A stretch of DNA of 64,000 nucleotides from an uncultured bacterium (GCA_964607485.1 CAZSKP010000013.1:55799-119798); one strand, 5' to 3'. Counted from the first letter of the stretch, positions 9,668 through 19,966 are shown. Numbers and translations: made by a program. The notes: generated by a model from the sequence alone, not told the origin.

Positions 9668-10714
9668 CTATGGAGTAAGCCCGCCGAACCCGAGCCCGCT
9701 CTGCTCAGGCAGGTCGAACATTATGTTCATACACTGGACCGCCTGCCCCGCGGCGCCTTTGCACAGGTTGTCTATGGCGGATATCGCGATGAGCTTGCGC
9801 GTCCTGCGGTCATACGCCAGCCCGATATCGCCGTAGTTGCTCCCCCGCACGAACCGCAGCTCTGGGTACGAGCCCGGCTCGCAGATTCTGACGAATGGCG
9901 CGTTCTTGTAGAACTGCCGGTACATCTCGACCAGCTTCTCCGACGAAGTTTCAGAGTGAGCGCCGGCCGCGACGGTGGTCAATATGCCCCTGTTCGCGGG
10001 AACGAGGTGGGGCGTGAAAAGGACTGTCATCTTTTCGCCGGCGAGTAGTGAAAGCTCCTGCTCGATCTCTGGCGTGTGCCGGTGCGAGGTGATCCCGTAG
10101 GCCCGCAGGTTGTCGGCGATTTCGGGGAAATGCGTCTGCGCAGTGGGCGTCTGTCCCGCGCCAGAGACTCCCGACATGGAGTTGATGACTATCTGTTTCA
10201 CGTCTATCAGCTTGTGCTTGACCGCGGGCGCCAATGCGAGCAGGGCGCCTGTGGGGTAGCATCCGGGCAACGCCACAAGCTGCGCGTCGCGCACCTCTTC
10301 CCCATGCAATTCGGGCAAGCCGTAAACGCTCTTTTCGAGCAGGGCCGGCTCGGTGTGCGCGGCCTTGTACCAGCCTTCGTACACCTTCGGGTCTTTCAAC
10401 CGAAAATCCGCGCTGTAATCGATGACGCGGACGCCCTCCTTGACGAGGCCCGCCACGATGGGCATCGCCTGGGTGTGCGGAATGGCGAGGAATACGGCGT
10501 CGCATTTCTTGGCGATGTCGCCCACGTCGAGCTCGACGAGCGGCATGTCCAGTATTCCGCGAAGGGCGGGGAAAACGTCGGCGATGTTCTTTCCCGCAAA
10601 CTGGCGCGAGGTGAGAGCCGCTATCTCGACAGAGGGATGGCCCGCAAGCAATCTGACCATCTCGCCGCCGGTGTAGCCGTTCGCCCCGACGACTGCGACC
10701 TTGAGCTTCTTCAT
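9668..10714 (-). CDS. argC: N-acetyl-gamma-glutamyl-phosphate reductase
   Basis: GANGYTG, PGCYPT, SGVSGAG, DNLCKGAAGQA. Confidence 0.97.
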   Translation of the reverse strand: MKKLKVAVVGANGYTGGEMVRLLAGHPSVEIAALTSRQFAGKNIADVFPALRGILDMPLVELDVGDIAKKCDAVFLAIPHTQAMPIVAGLVKEGVRVIDYSADFRLKDPKVYEGWYKAAHTEPALLEKSVYGLPELHGEEVRDAQLVALPGCYPTGALLALAPAVKHKLIDVKQIVINSMSGVSGAGQTPTAQTHFPEIADNLRAYGITSHRHTPEIEQELSLLAGEKMTVLFTPHLVPANRGILTTVAAGAHSETSSEKLVEMYRQFYKNAPFVRICEPGSYPELRFVRGSNYGDIGLAYDRRTRKLIAISAIDNLCKGAAGQAVQCMNIMFDLPEQSGLGFGGLTP

Positions 10715-12969
10715 CGTCTGCGGCCCTTCTTTCCCTTTTTCCCCGCCGAGGACCGACCTCCGCGGGTTCTGCGGCCTGCGGCGGCCGCTCTGCCCGCGGC
10801 TCGTTTGCCCTTCTTACTCTTCTGCGCGGGGCGGGTTTCAACCTCACCATCCGAAAGGACGAAATCCATCCGTCTTTTCTCTATGTCCACTTTTACCACC
10901 TGGACGCTGACTTCGTCGCCCAGCCGGTAGCTTTTTCCCGTGTTTTCGCCCAGCAGACAATGCTTGTCCTCGATGAACGTGTAGTAATCGTCGTCGAGAG
11001 AACTCACATGCACCATTCCCTCGGCCAAAAAGTCGACCAGCTCGACGAACAGGCCGTAGGAGTGGACGCCCGTTATTCTGCCGTTGAACACGTCTCCCAC
11101 CTTGTTGCTCATGAACATGAGTTGCTTGGTTTTGAGCGACTCGCGCTCGGCCTCCATCGCCTCCCTTTCGCGCAATGAGCAGTGTTCGGCCACCCGTTCG
11201 AGCTGCTCGGCGTATTCCCCTTCCACGAGCTTGGCGCCTCCCTTGGCGAGCATCCGCAGTATCCTGTGAACGACGAGGTCGGGATAGCGCCTGATGGGCG
11301 AGGTGAAGTGCGTGTAACAATCGCACGCGATCCCGAAGTGGCCCGCGTTCTCCGAGGAATAGCGCGCCTCCTTCAGCGAGCGCAGCATGAGATAATTGAT
11401 GAGCGTCTCTTCAGGCCGGCCTTGCGCTTCGTGGGATATTCTTTGCAGACCGCGGGGCGTCATCGACTCTTTTTCGCCGAGCCGATAGCCGAGCGAGGCG
11501 ATGAATTCACGAAACGCGTCCATCCGTTCCGGGTCGGGCTCCTCGTGGATGCGGTACATCATGGGGGCCTTGAGCGCGGTCACGTGGCGCGCGACCGTTT
11601 CATTCGCCTTCAACATGAATTCCTCGATGAGCTCGTGCGCGATCGTGTGTTTTTGCAGCACGATGTCAATGACCTCGCCCTCGCGGTCAAAGATGGCGCG
11701 GGCCTCCGGGAAATCGAAGTCCAGGCTCCCTCGGGCCATCCTCTTGGCCCGGAGCGTCCGGGCGAGCTTGTTCATTGTGTGGAGGCTCTCGGCGACATCG
11801 GCGTATTTCTTGGCCAGCGCCTTGTCTCCTTCCAGAATTGCATACACATCGTCGTATGTCATTCTGTGGTGGGAGCAGATAACGCTGTCGAATATCTCGT
11901 GCCCCACGACGTTTCCCTTCTGGTTTATCTCCATCTTGACGCTGAACGCGAGCCGGTCTTCCTTTTCTCTGAGGCTGCACAGGTCGTTGGAAAGCCGCTC
12001 CGGCAGCATGGGCAGCACACGGTCTTCGAGATAGATGCTGGTTGCCCTGTCGTAGGCCTCGTCGTCGATGATGCCCCCTTGCTCGACATAGTAACTCACG
12101 TCGGCGATGTGGACGCCGAGCAGATAGTTTCCCCGGTCGTTGATCTCTATCGAGACCGCATCGTCGAAATCTTTCGCGTCGACGGGGTCGATGGTCACCA
12201 TCGAGAGTTTGCGCAAATCGACGCGCGAGCGCAGTTCCGTCTTGGGAATCGCCCGAGGGAGCTTCTCCGCGGCCTTCAGCACGTTGGGCGAAAACTCCGC
12301 GGCGAGGCCATGTTTGCGAATCAGAAGCTCCGTGTCGAGTCCCCTGTCGCCCCGCTGGCCGAGCACCTCCACGATCTTTCCCTCGGGATTCCTATGATGG
12401 GAGGGATATTCCGTTATCTCGGCGGAGACGACCTGGCCGGGCTCGGCTCCGAGCGAATCGGCGAAATTAACAAAAATGTGCTGAGTTATCCTGTTGTCGA
12501 TGGGCACGACGAATCCGAAATTGCGCCCCTCGTCGTACATGCCCACTATGTTGCGATGCGCGCGTTCGAGCACGCGGATTATTTCCCCTCGAACCCGTTG
12601 GCTCGTGAGATGGCCCGACACTCTGATGACCACCTTGTCGCCGTGCATCGCGCCGCCGATGTCTCGGCCGCTCACGTACACGTCGGGCAGGTTCACCTGT
12701 CCCGGCCTTGGCAGAGGCCGAACGAAGCCGTACCCGTCCGGATGCCCGATGAGGTTGCCGACGACAAGGTTCATGTGCTCGGGCACGCCGAACCGTCGGC
12801 CGCGGGTCTGCACGAGTTCTCCCGTCTCGATGAGGTCTTTCACGGCGTCTTTGAGGCCGCGGAGCGATTCGTCGCCCACCTCGAGCCGGCGCGCGATCTC
12901 TTTCATCTTCAACGGGCGGTTGGCCTCCTCGCGCAGCATCAGAATAACTTTTTCCTTGAGCTTTTCCAT
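10711..12969 (-). CDS. rnr: Ribonuclease R
   Basis: TIDPVDAKDFDDA catalytic motif, HFTSPIRRYPD, S1 domain, basic tail. Confidence 0.97.
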   Translation of the reverse strand: MEKLKEKVILMLREEANRPLKMKEIARRLEVGDESLRGLKDAVKDLIETGELVQTRGRRFGVPEHMNLVVGNLIGHPDGYGFVRPLPRPGQVNLPDVYVSGRDIGGAMHGDKVVIRVSGHLTSQRVRGEIIRVLERAHRNIVGMYDEGRNFGFVVPIDNRITQHIFVNFADSLGAEPGQVVSAEITEYPSHHRNPEGKIVEVLGQRGDRGLDTELLIRKHGLAAEFSPNVLKAAEKLPRAIPKTELRSRVDLRKLSMVTIDPVDAKDFDDAVSIEINDRGNYLLGVHIADVSYYVEQGGIIDDEAYDRATSIYLEDRVLPMLPERLSNDLCSLREKEDRLAFSVKMEINQKGNVVGHEIFDSVICSHHRMTYDDVYAILEGDKALAKKYADVAESLHTMNKLARTLRAKRMARGSLDFDFPEARAIFDREGEVIDIVLQKHTIAHELIEEFMLKANETVARHVTALKAPMMYRIHEEPDPERMDAFREFIASLGYRLGEKESMTPRGLQRISHEAQGRPEETLINYLMLRSLKEARYSSENAGHFGIACDCYTHFTSPIRRYPDLVVHRILRMLAKGGAKLVEGEYAEQLERVAEHCSLREREAMEAERESLKTKQLMFMSNKVGDVFNGRITGVHSYGLFVELVDFLAEGMVHVSSLDDDYYTFIEDKHCLLGENTGKSYRLGDEVSVQVVKVDIEKRRMDFVLSDGEVETRPAQKSKKGKRAAGRAAAAGRRTRGGRSSAGKKGKKGRRR

Positions 12970-13070
12970 TCAGCCCTTTCGTCTTCGAACGTAGATATTT
13001 GTCAGCATGAGGCTTACAGAAGCAAAAAAGCCCGACTGTTCTTATATCGAGCCCCGGCCAAATTTCGGTT

Positions 13071-13100
13071 ATTATAGCGTAACGCAGAATCTTGTGTCAA
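13071..13100 (-). promoter_or_regulatory. sigma70 promoter for rnr-argCJB
   Basis: Minus strand TTGACA-18 nt-TATAAT. Confidence 0.75.
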
Positions 13101-13180
13101 TGAGGATTGCACACAAGGCAATGGGGAAAACGCGCAAATTTCCTTCTGAGCGTGCGTGAGGGAAAGAACTTCAACTCGTC

Positions 13181-13711
13181 TCATTCCACGAGTATCAGCC
13201 CGTGGAAGAACCATTCGTCTTCGCTGGATTTCTTCAAATCTGCGGGGATACTCGCGTTTCTGAGCGTGGCGAAGACATCTATGCCAAGCGCTTCCATCGA
13301 TGGGCGCGCCTCTTCGGGATGACGGCAGGGTTCATCGGGGTCGGTGCACTCGGCGCACAGCATACACGGCCCGCCGCGCAGCCCGAGCGCCAGATAGTGG
13401 CCCAGGAGAAACGCCTTCCGCTCGACCGCGACGACGATCTTGTTTATCTCATCCGGGCGCGTCTTCACCAAAACTCCCCACCGGTACCGCCTGAGGGCGC
13501 GCTCGAACTCCTGTGGGAGCGGCGTGTTGGGCGGGCACATCTTCGATGAATCGTATGAAGGGCAGCCGTACAGGCACTTGTAGTACACGCGCTCGTCGGT
13601 GACCACTTTCTCGACGGGGATTCTCTTAGCGACGACGGCTCCTTGTCGTTTCGCGTAGGCCTCGAGTTTTTGCAGGTCTTTTTCGATGTCCGACGCAGAC
13701 TTTCGTTTCAT
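13181..13711 (-). CDS. DUF2284-like Cys-rich metal-binding protein
   Basis: KC.YGC..Y....CPP, GPC.LC..C, CRHP..ARPSMEA.GIDV; start moved to ATG 13711. Confidence 0.8.
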   Translation of the reverse strand: MKRKSASDIEKDLQKLEAYAKRQGAVVAKRIPVEKVVTDERVYYKCLYGCPSYDSSKMCPPNTPLPQEFERALRRYRWGVLVKTRPDEINKIVVAVERKAFLLGHYLALGLRGGPCMLCAECTDPDEPCRHPEEARPSMEALGIDVFATLRNASIPADLKKSSEDEWFFHGLILVE

Positions 13712-13722
13712 CGTTGAAATGG

Positions 13723-14883
13723 TCACAGGCCCGAGCGCTGTTTTATCTTCGCGAGCACCTCTTCGGCGATCGCCTCCGCCGCCTTGCGCGGAAGCATGCG
13801 GCGCTTGCGGCTGGCCGCTATGACGGTAGCCGTCGCGTTCCTGATCCGACGGCCTATTTCCTGCATTATCGCCTGTGGGTCGAACGGGCACTGGCCCGAC
13901 AGAAGCAGCCCGAATCCGCACGCGGCTCCGGCATTGGCGATGAAATCGGGAACCAGCGCGACGCCCATGTGGTGCAGTTGCTTTTCCGCCTCGACGGTCA
14001 CGGGAATGTTCGCCGCCTCGATCACGAGTTTCGAGGAAATTCGTCGGACGTTGTGCTTTGTTATCGTGTCGGCGATTGCTGCCGGAATCAATATGTCCGC
14101 GTCCAGCGACAGCCAATCCTCGCGCCGATGCTTCTCATAGTCGAAGTCGAGCTTGCTCCTGTCAATCGTCCCGAATTCATCCCGCGCGGCCATCAATTGC
14201 TCGAACGGCAGGCCGCCGCTCCGAAAGATTGTTCCCTCCGCGTCGGCGACGGCCACTATCTTGGCGCCCTTTTGGCTCAGAAACTCCATCGAGCTGGCCC
14301 CCACCGTGCCGAATCCCTGAATTGCGATGGCGCTCTCCAATATGTTCATGTCGAGCTGGCGGCACGCCTCCTCAGCGCACTCGGCGATGCCGTAGCCGGT
14401 CATCAGCTCTTCCAGGTTCGGGTCGTCGGATTGCAGGTCGAGATTGTCGGGCAGATCGATGGTGATTCCTCTCGAGGACATCTTCTTCTTTGCGACCGCA
14501 ATCGGACTGACACCGGCGGAACGGTAGAGGTTGCCTACGTCGGCCCGCGTCGTGCCCATGTCCTCTCCCACGAGGTACATCTCGGCCAGAAGCGGCTTGA
14601 TCAATTTGCCAAAATTTTTGATGACCTCCGCTTTGTCGGGCCGGCGCGGGTCGGCGTCGATGCCCGACTTGGCGCCGCCGATGGGAATCTGAGACGCGGC
14701 GAACTTGTGCGTCATCGTCCGGGCGAGCCGTGCGACCTCGCGCTCGGTGAGGCCCTTGCGCATCCGCAGCCCGCCCGCCGAGAGTCCGTTGACGAGCGAG
14801 TCTACAACCACGAAGCCCTTGATTCCCAACGCCTCATAGTGTATCTGCAGCTTGTAGATCGGGCGCCTGACTTTTGCCGCCAT
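13723..14883 (-). CDS. Glu/Leu/Phe/Val dehydrogenase
   Basis: GGLRM, LARTMTHK, GGAKSGI, IQGFGTVG, EAAN, PDFIANAG. Confidence 0.9.
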   Translation of the reverse strand: MAAKVRRPIYKLQIHYEALGIKGFVVVDSLVNGLSAGGLRMRKGLTEREVARLARTMTHKFAASQIPIGGAKSGIDADPRRPDKAEVIKNFGKLIKPLLAEMYLVGEDMGTTRADVGNLYRSAGVSPIAVAKKKMSSRGITIDLPDNLDLQSDDPNLEELMTGYGIAECAEEACRQLDMNILESAIAIQGFGTVGASSMEFLSQKGAKIVAVADAEGTIFRSGGLPFEQLMAARDEFGTIDRSKLDFDYEKHRREDWLSLDADILIPAAIADTITKHNVRRISSKLVIEAANIPVTVEAEKQLHHMGVALVPDFIANAGAACGFGLLLSGQCPFDPQAIMQEIGRRIRNATATVIAASRKRRMLPRKAAEAIAEEVLAKIKQRSGL

Positions 14884-14929
14884 CTGACCCTCCTATACGA
14901 GATTGTTTGGGGTGGTGGACAGACGCTGT

Positions 14930-15541
14930 TTATTTCCTTATGTGCTCGACGCCGAGTTGAAAGGCCCGCTGGTTGACCGAAAGGATCTTCTGGGGTATGA
15001 CCTCCTTCAGCACGTCCGCGAACTTCTCGACGGGGATGGGCACCCAGCCCGACCCGGCCAGCGCACCGACCATGACGACGTTCGAGGCCATCGCCTCACC
15101 GGCCTCTCTCGCCAGCTCCGTGCTCTCGACGACCTTGACGGTCTCAGCCATCTCGTCCAGCCGCGCAAGAAGCACCTCCACCGGGGGATACTCCTGCGCT
15201 CCGTAGAGCACCATGAGCGGATAGTTGGGCCGAGGATTGACGATGATCTTCGTGCCGGGATTGGCGTAGGTGGCCGCCACGCGCAGGGTTTCCATCGGTT
15301 CGAGCCCGACTATTACGTGGGCCTTTCCCTCGGGAATCAACGGGCCGAACTGCGTCTCTTTGGAAAGCCTGACGTGACTCATGACGGCGCCGCCGCGCTG
15401 CGACTGGCCGTACGTTTCGCCGATGATTGCGCGCAGGCCGTCGGCAATCGCGGCGGTGGCGAGGAGGTGCGAGGCCAGAATGTTTCCCTGGCCGCCGACG
15501 CCCGTTATGATCACATTGAGACAGTCGCCGTTTGATTTCAT
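14930..15541 (-). CDS. iorB: Indolepyruvate:ferredoxin oxidoreductase beta subunit
   Basis: GVGGQGNILAS, ETYGQSQRGGAVMSHVR; ATG overlaps the iorA stop. Confidence 0.9.
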   Translation of the reverse strand: MKSNGDCLNVIITGVGGQGNILASHLLATAAIADGLRAIIGETYGQSQRGGAVMSHVRLSKETQFGPLIPEGKAHVIVGLEPMETLRVAATYANPGTKIIVNPRPNYPLMVLYGAQEYPPVEVLLARLDEMAETVKVVESTELAREAGEAMASNVVMVGALAGSGWVPIPVEKFADVLKEVIPQKILSVNQRAFQLGVEHIRK

Positions 15542-17478
15542 GGCTGCAACTCCCCGGCCTTCTCGACCTCGATGGCGCCCTGCGGACAGAGGTAAGCGCA
15601 CACGCCGCAGCCTGTGCACACCACGTCGTCCACCTTGGCGCGCTGATTCTTCTCGTCCCATATCAGAGCCGGACACCCGAACACACGCGTGCAGAATCGC
15701 GCGCAGCCGCATTCATCTCCAAGGCATTTCTCCGGGTTAATGGTCACCTTGTCTTTCTTCTTCTTCCGGCTTTCGATCAGTCCGCACGTTCGGCGCAGGA
15801 TGAGTATGCTCGATTCGTCCGCTTGCATGAGATCGTAGAGCGTTTCGACAGCCTCGTCCACCTCGAACGGGTCGCGAATCTCGACGCGGAAGCCGAGCCC
15901 CCTGCAGACCTCTTCTATGTTCACCTGGGTCGTGGGATTGCCCTGGGCGTTGACGCCGATGCCGGGATGCGGCTGAAAGCCGGTCATCGCGGTCGCGGCG
16001 TTGTCGAGCACGACGCTGGTGAATTTGGCTCCGTTGTAGCGTGCGTTGACGAGCGCCGGTATGGTGGCATGAAAGAAGGTGGAATCGCCCATCACCGCGA
16101 CCACCGGCTGGTCGAACTCGAATTTCCCGAGGTTGCCCAGGCCGCATGCCACTCCCGCTCCGGAACCCATGCAGTGCAACGTGCGGTTGAGGAACCAGCC
16201 CGACCGTCCGGCGCCCATGCCGTAGCAGCCGATGTCGCCCAGCACGAAACCGCCCCGGCCGTCGAGCGCGAGCGCGTTCTTCATCACCCAGTAAGAAGCG
16301 CGGTGCGGGCAGCCGGCGCAGAAGGCGAGGTCGCGGGCCGCGGTGTATTCGCCCAGGAGCTTCTGCACGCGCTCGGCGTAGTCGGGGCTTCGCGGCTTAT
16401 ACTCTATGCCCTTTACCTCGGCGAGCGCCTGCAGCACGATGTCGGGGTCGATTTCTCCGAGCGCCGGCCCAAACCTGCTCCTGACGTGACCGGAGCCCTT
16501 GCCGAAGAACTTGATGACCTCGAGCTCGCTGCCGATGTAGTCGGCGAGCAGGCTCTTCACGTTCTGCTCCAGGAACGGGTCGGTCTCTTCAACGAACAGC
16601 ACCCGTTTGACGCCCTTGAGGTTGTCGATGATGAATTGATTGGGCAGCGGCCACGTCGTTCCGAGTTTCAGGATTCCGACCTCTTTGTCGAGCGACAGCG
16701 TGCGGACGGCCTCCAGCGAGTAAAGCCAACCGGAGCCCGAGGTGATGATGACCAATTCCGCGCCTGCGGGGCCCACATATTGGTTGAATTTGGATTTCTC
16801 GAACAGCTCGCGCGCCTTCTCCAGCTTGCCGTGGAGCACAGAGTGAGTGACCGTGCCTAACGACAGGAACCGGTCGTACGCCTCAAAGCGTGGGCTCGGA
16901 CGGGCGCGGTTGATCTGGCCCAGCGAGAGGTCGCCGCGTGCGTGCGAGATGCGTGTGACGCTGCGGATGATGCACGGCAGCTCCAGCTCCTCCGAGAGCT
17001 CGAAGGCGCGGCGTGTCATCTCCTTGGCCTCCTCGATGCTGGCAGGCTCGAGCAGAGGCGCGTCGAGCATGCGCGCGAATGCCCGCGAGTCCATCTCGTT
17101 GTTGCTGCAATGTGCGGATGGGTCGTCGGCGACGACCAGCACGAGGCCGCCCTTGTTTCCCGACATGATGACCGACATCAAGAAGTCGGAGGCCACGTTG
17201 ATGCCGTTCTGTTTCATGGCGCAGAGCGCGCGAAGCCCGGCGAACGAAGCGCCCGCCGCCGCCTCCAGCGCGACTATCTCGTTGGTGGACCATTCGGCGT
17301 GGTGCCCGAAGTTTTCGGCCACCTCCGGCAGGGCCAACGTTCCGATGATCTCGGAGGAAGGCGAGCCCGGGTATGCGGCACAGAAGCCGACCCCCGCCTC
17401 GATTGCCCCGCGGGCAATCGCCTCGTTGCCCATCATCAGGACATGTTTTCCCGGTTCATCGAGCAGAATGCTCAACAT
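15538..17478 (-). CDS. iorA: Indolepyruvate:ferredoxin oxidoreductase alpha subunit
   Basis: GNEAIARGA, YPGSPSSEI, FCAGCPHR, GDIGCY, GDSTFFH TPP motif, C-terminal ferredoxin. Confidence 0.93.
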   Translation of the reverse strand: MLSILLDEPGKHVLMMGNEAIARGAIEAGVGFCAAYPGSPSSEIIGTLALPEVAENFGHHAEWSTNEIVALEAAAGASFAGLRALCAMKQNGINVASDFLMSVIMSGNKGGLVLVVADDPSAHCSNNEMDSRAFARMLDAPLLEPASIEEAKEMTRRAFELSEELELPCIIRSVTRISHARGDLSLGQINRARPSPRFEAYDRFLSLGTVTHSVLHGKLEKARELFEKSKFNQYVGPAGAELVIITSGSGWLYSLEAVRTLSLDKEVGILKLGTTWPLPNQFIIDNLKGVKRVLFVEETDPFLEQNVKSLLADYIGSELEVIKFFGKGSGHVRSRFGPALGEIDPDIVLQALAEVKGIEYKPRSPDYAERVQKLLGEYTAARDLAFCAGCPHRASYWVMKNALALDGRGGFVLGDIGCYGMGAGRSGWFLNRTLHCMGSGAGVACGLGNLGKFEFDQPVVAVMGDSTFFHATIPALVNARYNGAKFTSVVLDNAATAMTGFQPHPGIGVNAQGNPTTQVNIEEVCRGLGFRVEIRDPFEVDEAVETLYDLMQADESSILILRRTCGLIESRKKKKDKVTINPEKCLGDECGCARFCTRVFGCPALIWDEKNQRAKVDDVVCTGCGVCAYLCPQGAIEVEKAGELQP

Positions 17479-18596
17479 TATTTCGGCCCTCCTTCCGAGA
17501 ACAACTTCCGCTGCTCTTCGTCGATCCTGAGGTAGAGCAGGGGAGAGCTTTCATTGCCGCGCTCGGCCAACTCCTTTATTACCCGGCGCTTCTTGGCGCT
17601 GACCGCCTCGCGCAGAATCGCCTCGCGCTCGGCGGGGAATTTCTTAGTGGCTATGGCCTTCGCCTTCAATGCGTCCTGCACGAGTTTCTCGCCCGCCTCG
17701 CTCCGAACCAGCATGGTGTTCCAGTCGTCCTGCCATTCGGTCGAGCCGAGCGAGACATCGGCAAGTTCGGCGGTCACGTCGAAACACACCTGGCAGGTGG
17801 GCCGGATGAAGCTCTTTACCTTGTCGATCGGAACCCGCGCGGTGCCGCCGTTGGTGTAAACGATGAAGTCGTCGTTCTTCGGGATGTCTATCTTCTTAAT
17901 CCGCTTCAGGTCCACCTGATCGGTCAGGTAGGACGCATACCTGCGGTATTCCAGCGCCCAGAGGCAGAAGAGGCCTATCAGCAGACGGATGTTCTTCACC
18001 TCGGGACGGTCGTCGTAGCGTTGCATCTTGCGGATGGCCGTCACCTGGCAGGGCCTGCCGACCACGGCTATCTTCTCGCCCGTGCTAAGGAGTTCGTTCA
18101 ACATCGACAGCGTCGGGGCGGCGGTGTATTTCGACCCGGCGCAGGCCAGCACCTCTTCCCGGTTCCGCGCCACGGCCGGCCGCGGCAGCACGCTCTTGCG
18201 GTCCGAGTACTTGGTCAAGAGCGCCGCATCGACCACGCCGCTTTCCAGCGCGTGAATCACGAGCGCCGACACCACTCCGCCATATTGGCCCGCTGCGTGG
18301 ACGACTTTGTCACTCGCTTTCACCATGCTCAGCGACCGGTACGAGCCGAGCACAGGGTCGGCTCGTTTTGTTCCGAACGCCATCTCATCCAATGCGTCGA
18401 GGTCTGTCGCCGTGCGAGGACAGAAGCGGTAGCAGCGTCCGTCGCTCCGGCCGCACCGCTCGATGATGGCGACCTTCTCCTCCATCTCCTTTATGTACGG
18501 GCACAGCCCCACGCACATTCCGCAGCCCGTGCACAGGTCGGCCTGCTGAACCTCCGCCTGAAGCTCATCCGGCCCCTTGTTCGTCAGTTGTTCCAT
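17478..18596 (-). CDS. FrhB/FdhB-family (F420-dependent hydrogenase/dehydrogenase beta-like) Fe-S flavoprotein
   Basis: CTGCGMCVGLCP, GQYGGVVSAL, AGSKY, VGRPCQ, IGLFC, CQVCFD..AELADVS.G; GGAGG RBS. Confidence 0.88.
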   Translation of the reverse strand: MEQLTNKGPDELQAEVQQADLCTGCGMCVGLCPYIKEMEEKVAIIERCGRSDGRCYRFCPRTATDLDALDEMAFGTKRADPVLGSYRSLSMVKASDKVVHAAGQYGGVVSALVIHALESGVVDAALLTKYSDRKSVLPRPAVARNREEVLACAGSKYTAAPTLSMLNELLSTGEKIAVVGRPCQVTAIRKMQRYDDRPEVKNIRLLIGLFCLWALEYRRYASYLTDQVDLKRIKKIDIPKNDDFIVYTNGGTARVPIDKVKSFIRPTCQVCFDVTAELADVSLGSTEWQDDWNTMLVRSEAGEKLVQDALKAKAIATKKFPAEREAILREAVSAKKRRVIKELAERGNESSPLLYLRIDEEQRKLFSEGGPK

Positions 18597-18719
18597 AAAT
18601 GTTACCTCCAAGCATTATGCTGGATGCGTCGGTGAAATGTTTGAGCGTCCGACGCCGCATGCGGGGTTATGTATGTTTCATACTATCGGTCCGACAACCC
18701 TTGGGGTGTTAGGTTCTAC

Positions 18720-19808
18720 CTAGAGCCGCCCCTCGCGCATAATCTTAACGCCTTTGTCGGAGAGGCGGTCGAAGAATTGGACGGGCTCGATGCACATCTC
18801 GGGGGCCATCACGCCGCGTCGCGTGATCGTACCGTCGAGCAGCATCAGCGCGCCGACTGCGCATGGGGTGGCCGTCAGCGTGCGGATGCGGTCGATCATG
18901 TTGAAAACGAGGTGGCGCTCCTGCCCGTCTTTCTTCCCGAGTATGTCGAGACGCAAACCTGAGTGTTCGACGCCGCCGACGCTGAAAAGCCCTTGAATCT
19001 TATGGATGATGGCGGCGACCGAGTCGATCCTCTTTCGCGAACTCGTGAGTCCGAGCGAGCGGATGAGGCGCAGGGACTTGTTGTTCCACGGTGGGCTGAT
19101 GCCGCCCCTGACGGTGATGTTGTTTGCCTCGATCGTTTTCGGGAGGGTGATCGGTTCCGGGTGTCCGAACAGAAATGCCGGCATCTCGCCCAGCGGGGCG
19201 GGGAACTCGACCATTTCCATCTCGCTCCATGCCGGGAGCATGATGCGTTCGCCGTTCCTGAACATGGGTTTCTGGCCCGTTATTCCGTGGAGCGTGTGCT
19301 TGAGCGCGGCCAATCCCTTGGCGTCGCCCGAGCCGACGACCCAAGCGATTTTTATGTCGTCGATTTCGTCCAGAAGGTCTGCGCCCAGCCGTGCGGCGAC
19401 GTTGGACATGCCCGGGTTCCATCCCATTCCCGTTATGACTGTCACTCCGTTCCGTCGGGCCGCTTCGTTGAGCGCGAACAATTTCGAGAGCGGTTCGGGG
19501 TCGTCGCAGATGTCGATGTAGTGGGTTCGGGTCTCGATGGCCGCTGTGGCAACGTTGGCGCCGTATTTATAGAAAGGCCCGGCGCAGTTTATGACGAGGT
19601 CGAAATTTTCGAAGGCGGCGGTGAGCGTCGCCCTGTTGTGCGCATCGGCCTGAAGAGCGCCGACGTAGCCTTTAAAGGTGCGGCATACCGAGCGCGCCTT
19701 GTTCAGGTCGCGGCCGGCAATTGCAACCTGATGGGAGGAAAATTCGACGAGCTTCTCGACAACGCAACTGCCGATGTCGCCGTATCCGCCGACTACGACG
19801 ATTTTCAC
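18720..19808 (-). CDS. Saccharopine dehydrogenase-like NAD(P)-dependent oxidoreductase
   Basis: IVVVGGYGDIG, INCAGPFY, YIDICDD, GMGWNPG; probable GTG start at 19808. Confidence 0.85.
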   Translation of the reverse strand: MKIVVVGGYGDIGSCVVEKLVEFSSHQVAIAGRDLNKARSVCRTFKGYVGALQADAHNRATLTAAFENFDLVINCAGPFYKYGANVATAAIETRTHYIDICDDPEPLSKLFALNEAARRNGVTVITGMGWNPGMSNVAARLGADLLDEIDDIKIAWVVGSGDAKGLAALKHTLHGITGQKPMFRNGERIMLPAWSEMEMVEFPAPLGEMPAFLFGHPEPITLPKTIEANNITVRGGISPPWNNKSLRLIRSLGLTSSRKRIDSVAAIIHKIQGLFSVGGVEHSGLRLDILGKKDGQERHLVFNMIDRIRTLTATPCAVGALMLLDGTITRRGVMAPEMCIEPVQFFDRLSDKGVKIMREGRL

Positions 19809-19924
19809 CCTGCTTCTCGCTTCCTCAGTCCGACTACCCGGAGTTATATCACACCATTCCCCCCGTAACATACTACCATATTTGGCTCTTTTTTTAAACC
19901 CGAAACATTATGGGGGCGGATGAT

Positions 19925-19953
19925 TTGACAAAAGTAGCGAGGTTCGCTATAAT
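19925..19953 (+). promoter_or_regulatory. Consensus sigma70 promoter for tRNA-Ala
   Basis: Perfect TTGACA-17 nt-TATAAT, 13 nt before the tRNA. Confidence 0.9.
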
Positions 19954-19966
19954 TTTCGAGGAATAC

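Noticed and set aside
13712-14116. Long N-terminal extensions in the ORF track for DUF2284 (also for the TPR protein, iorB, bioA, bshA and pycB)
   Set aside because: They overlap upstream genes and are low-complexity; downstream starts with an RBS or stop-start overlap fit better
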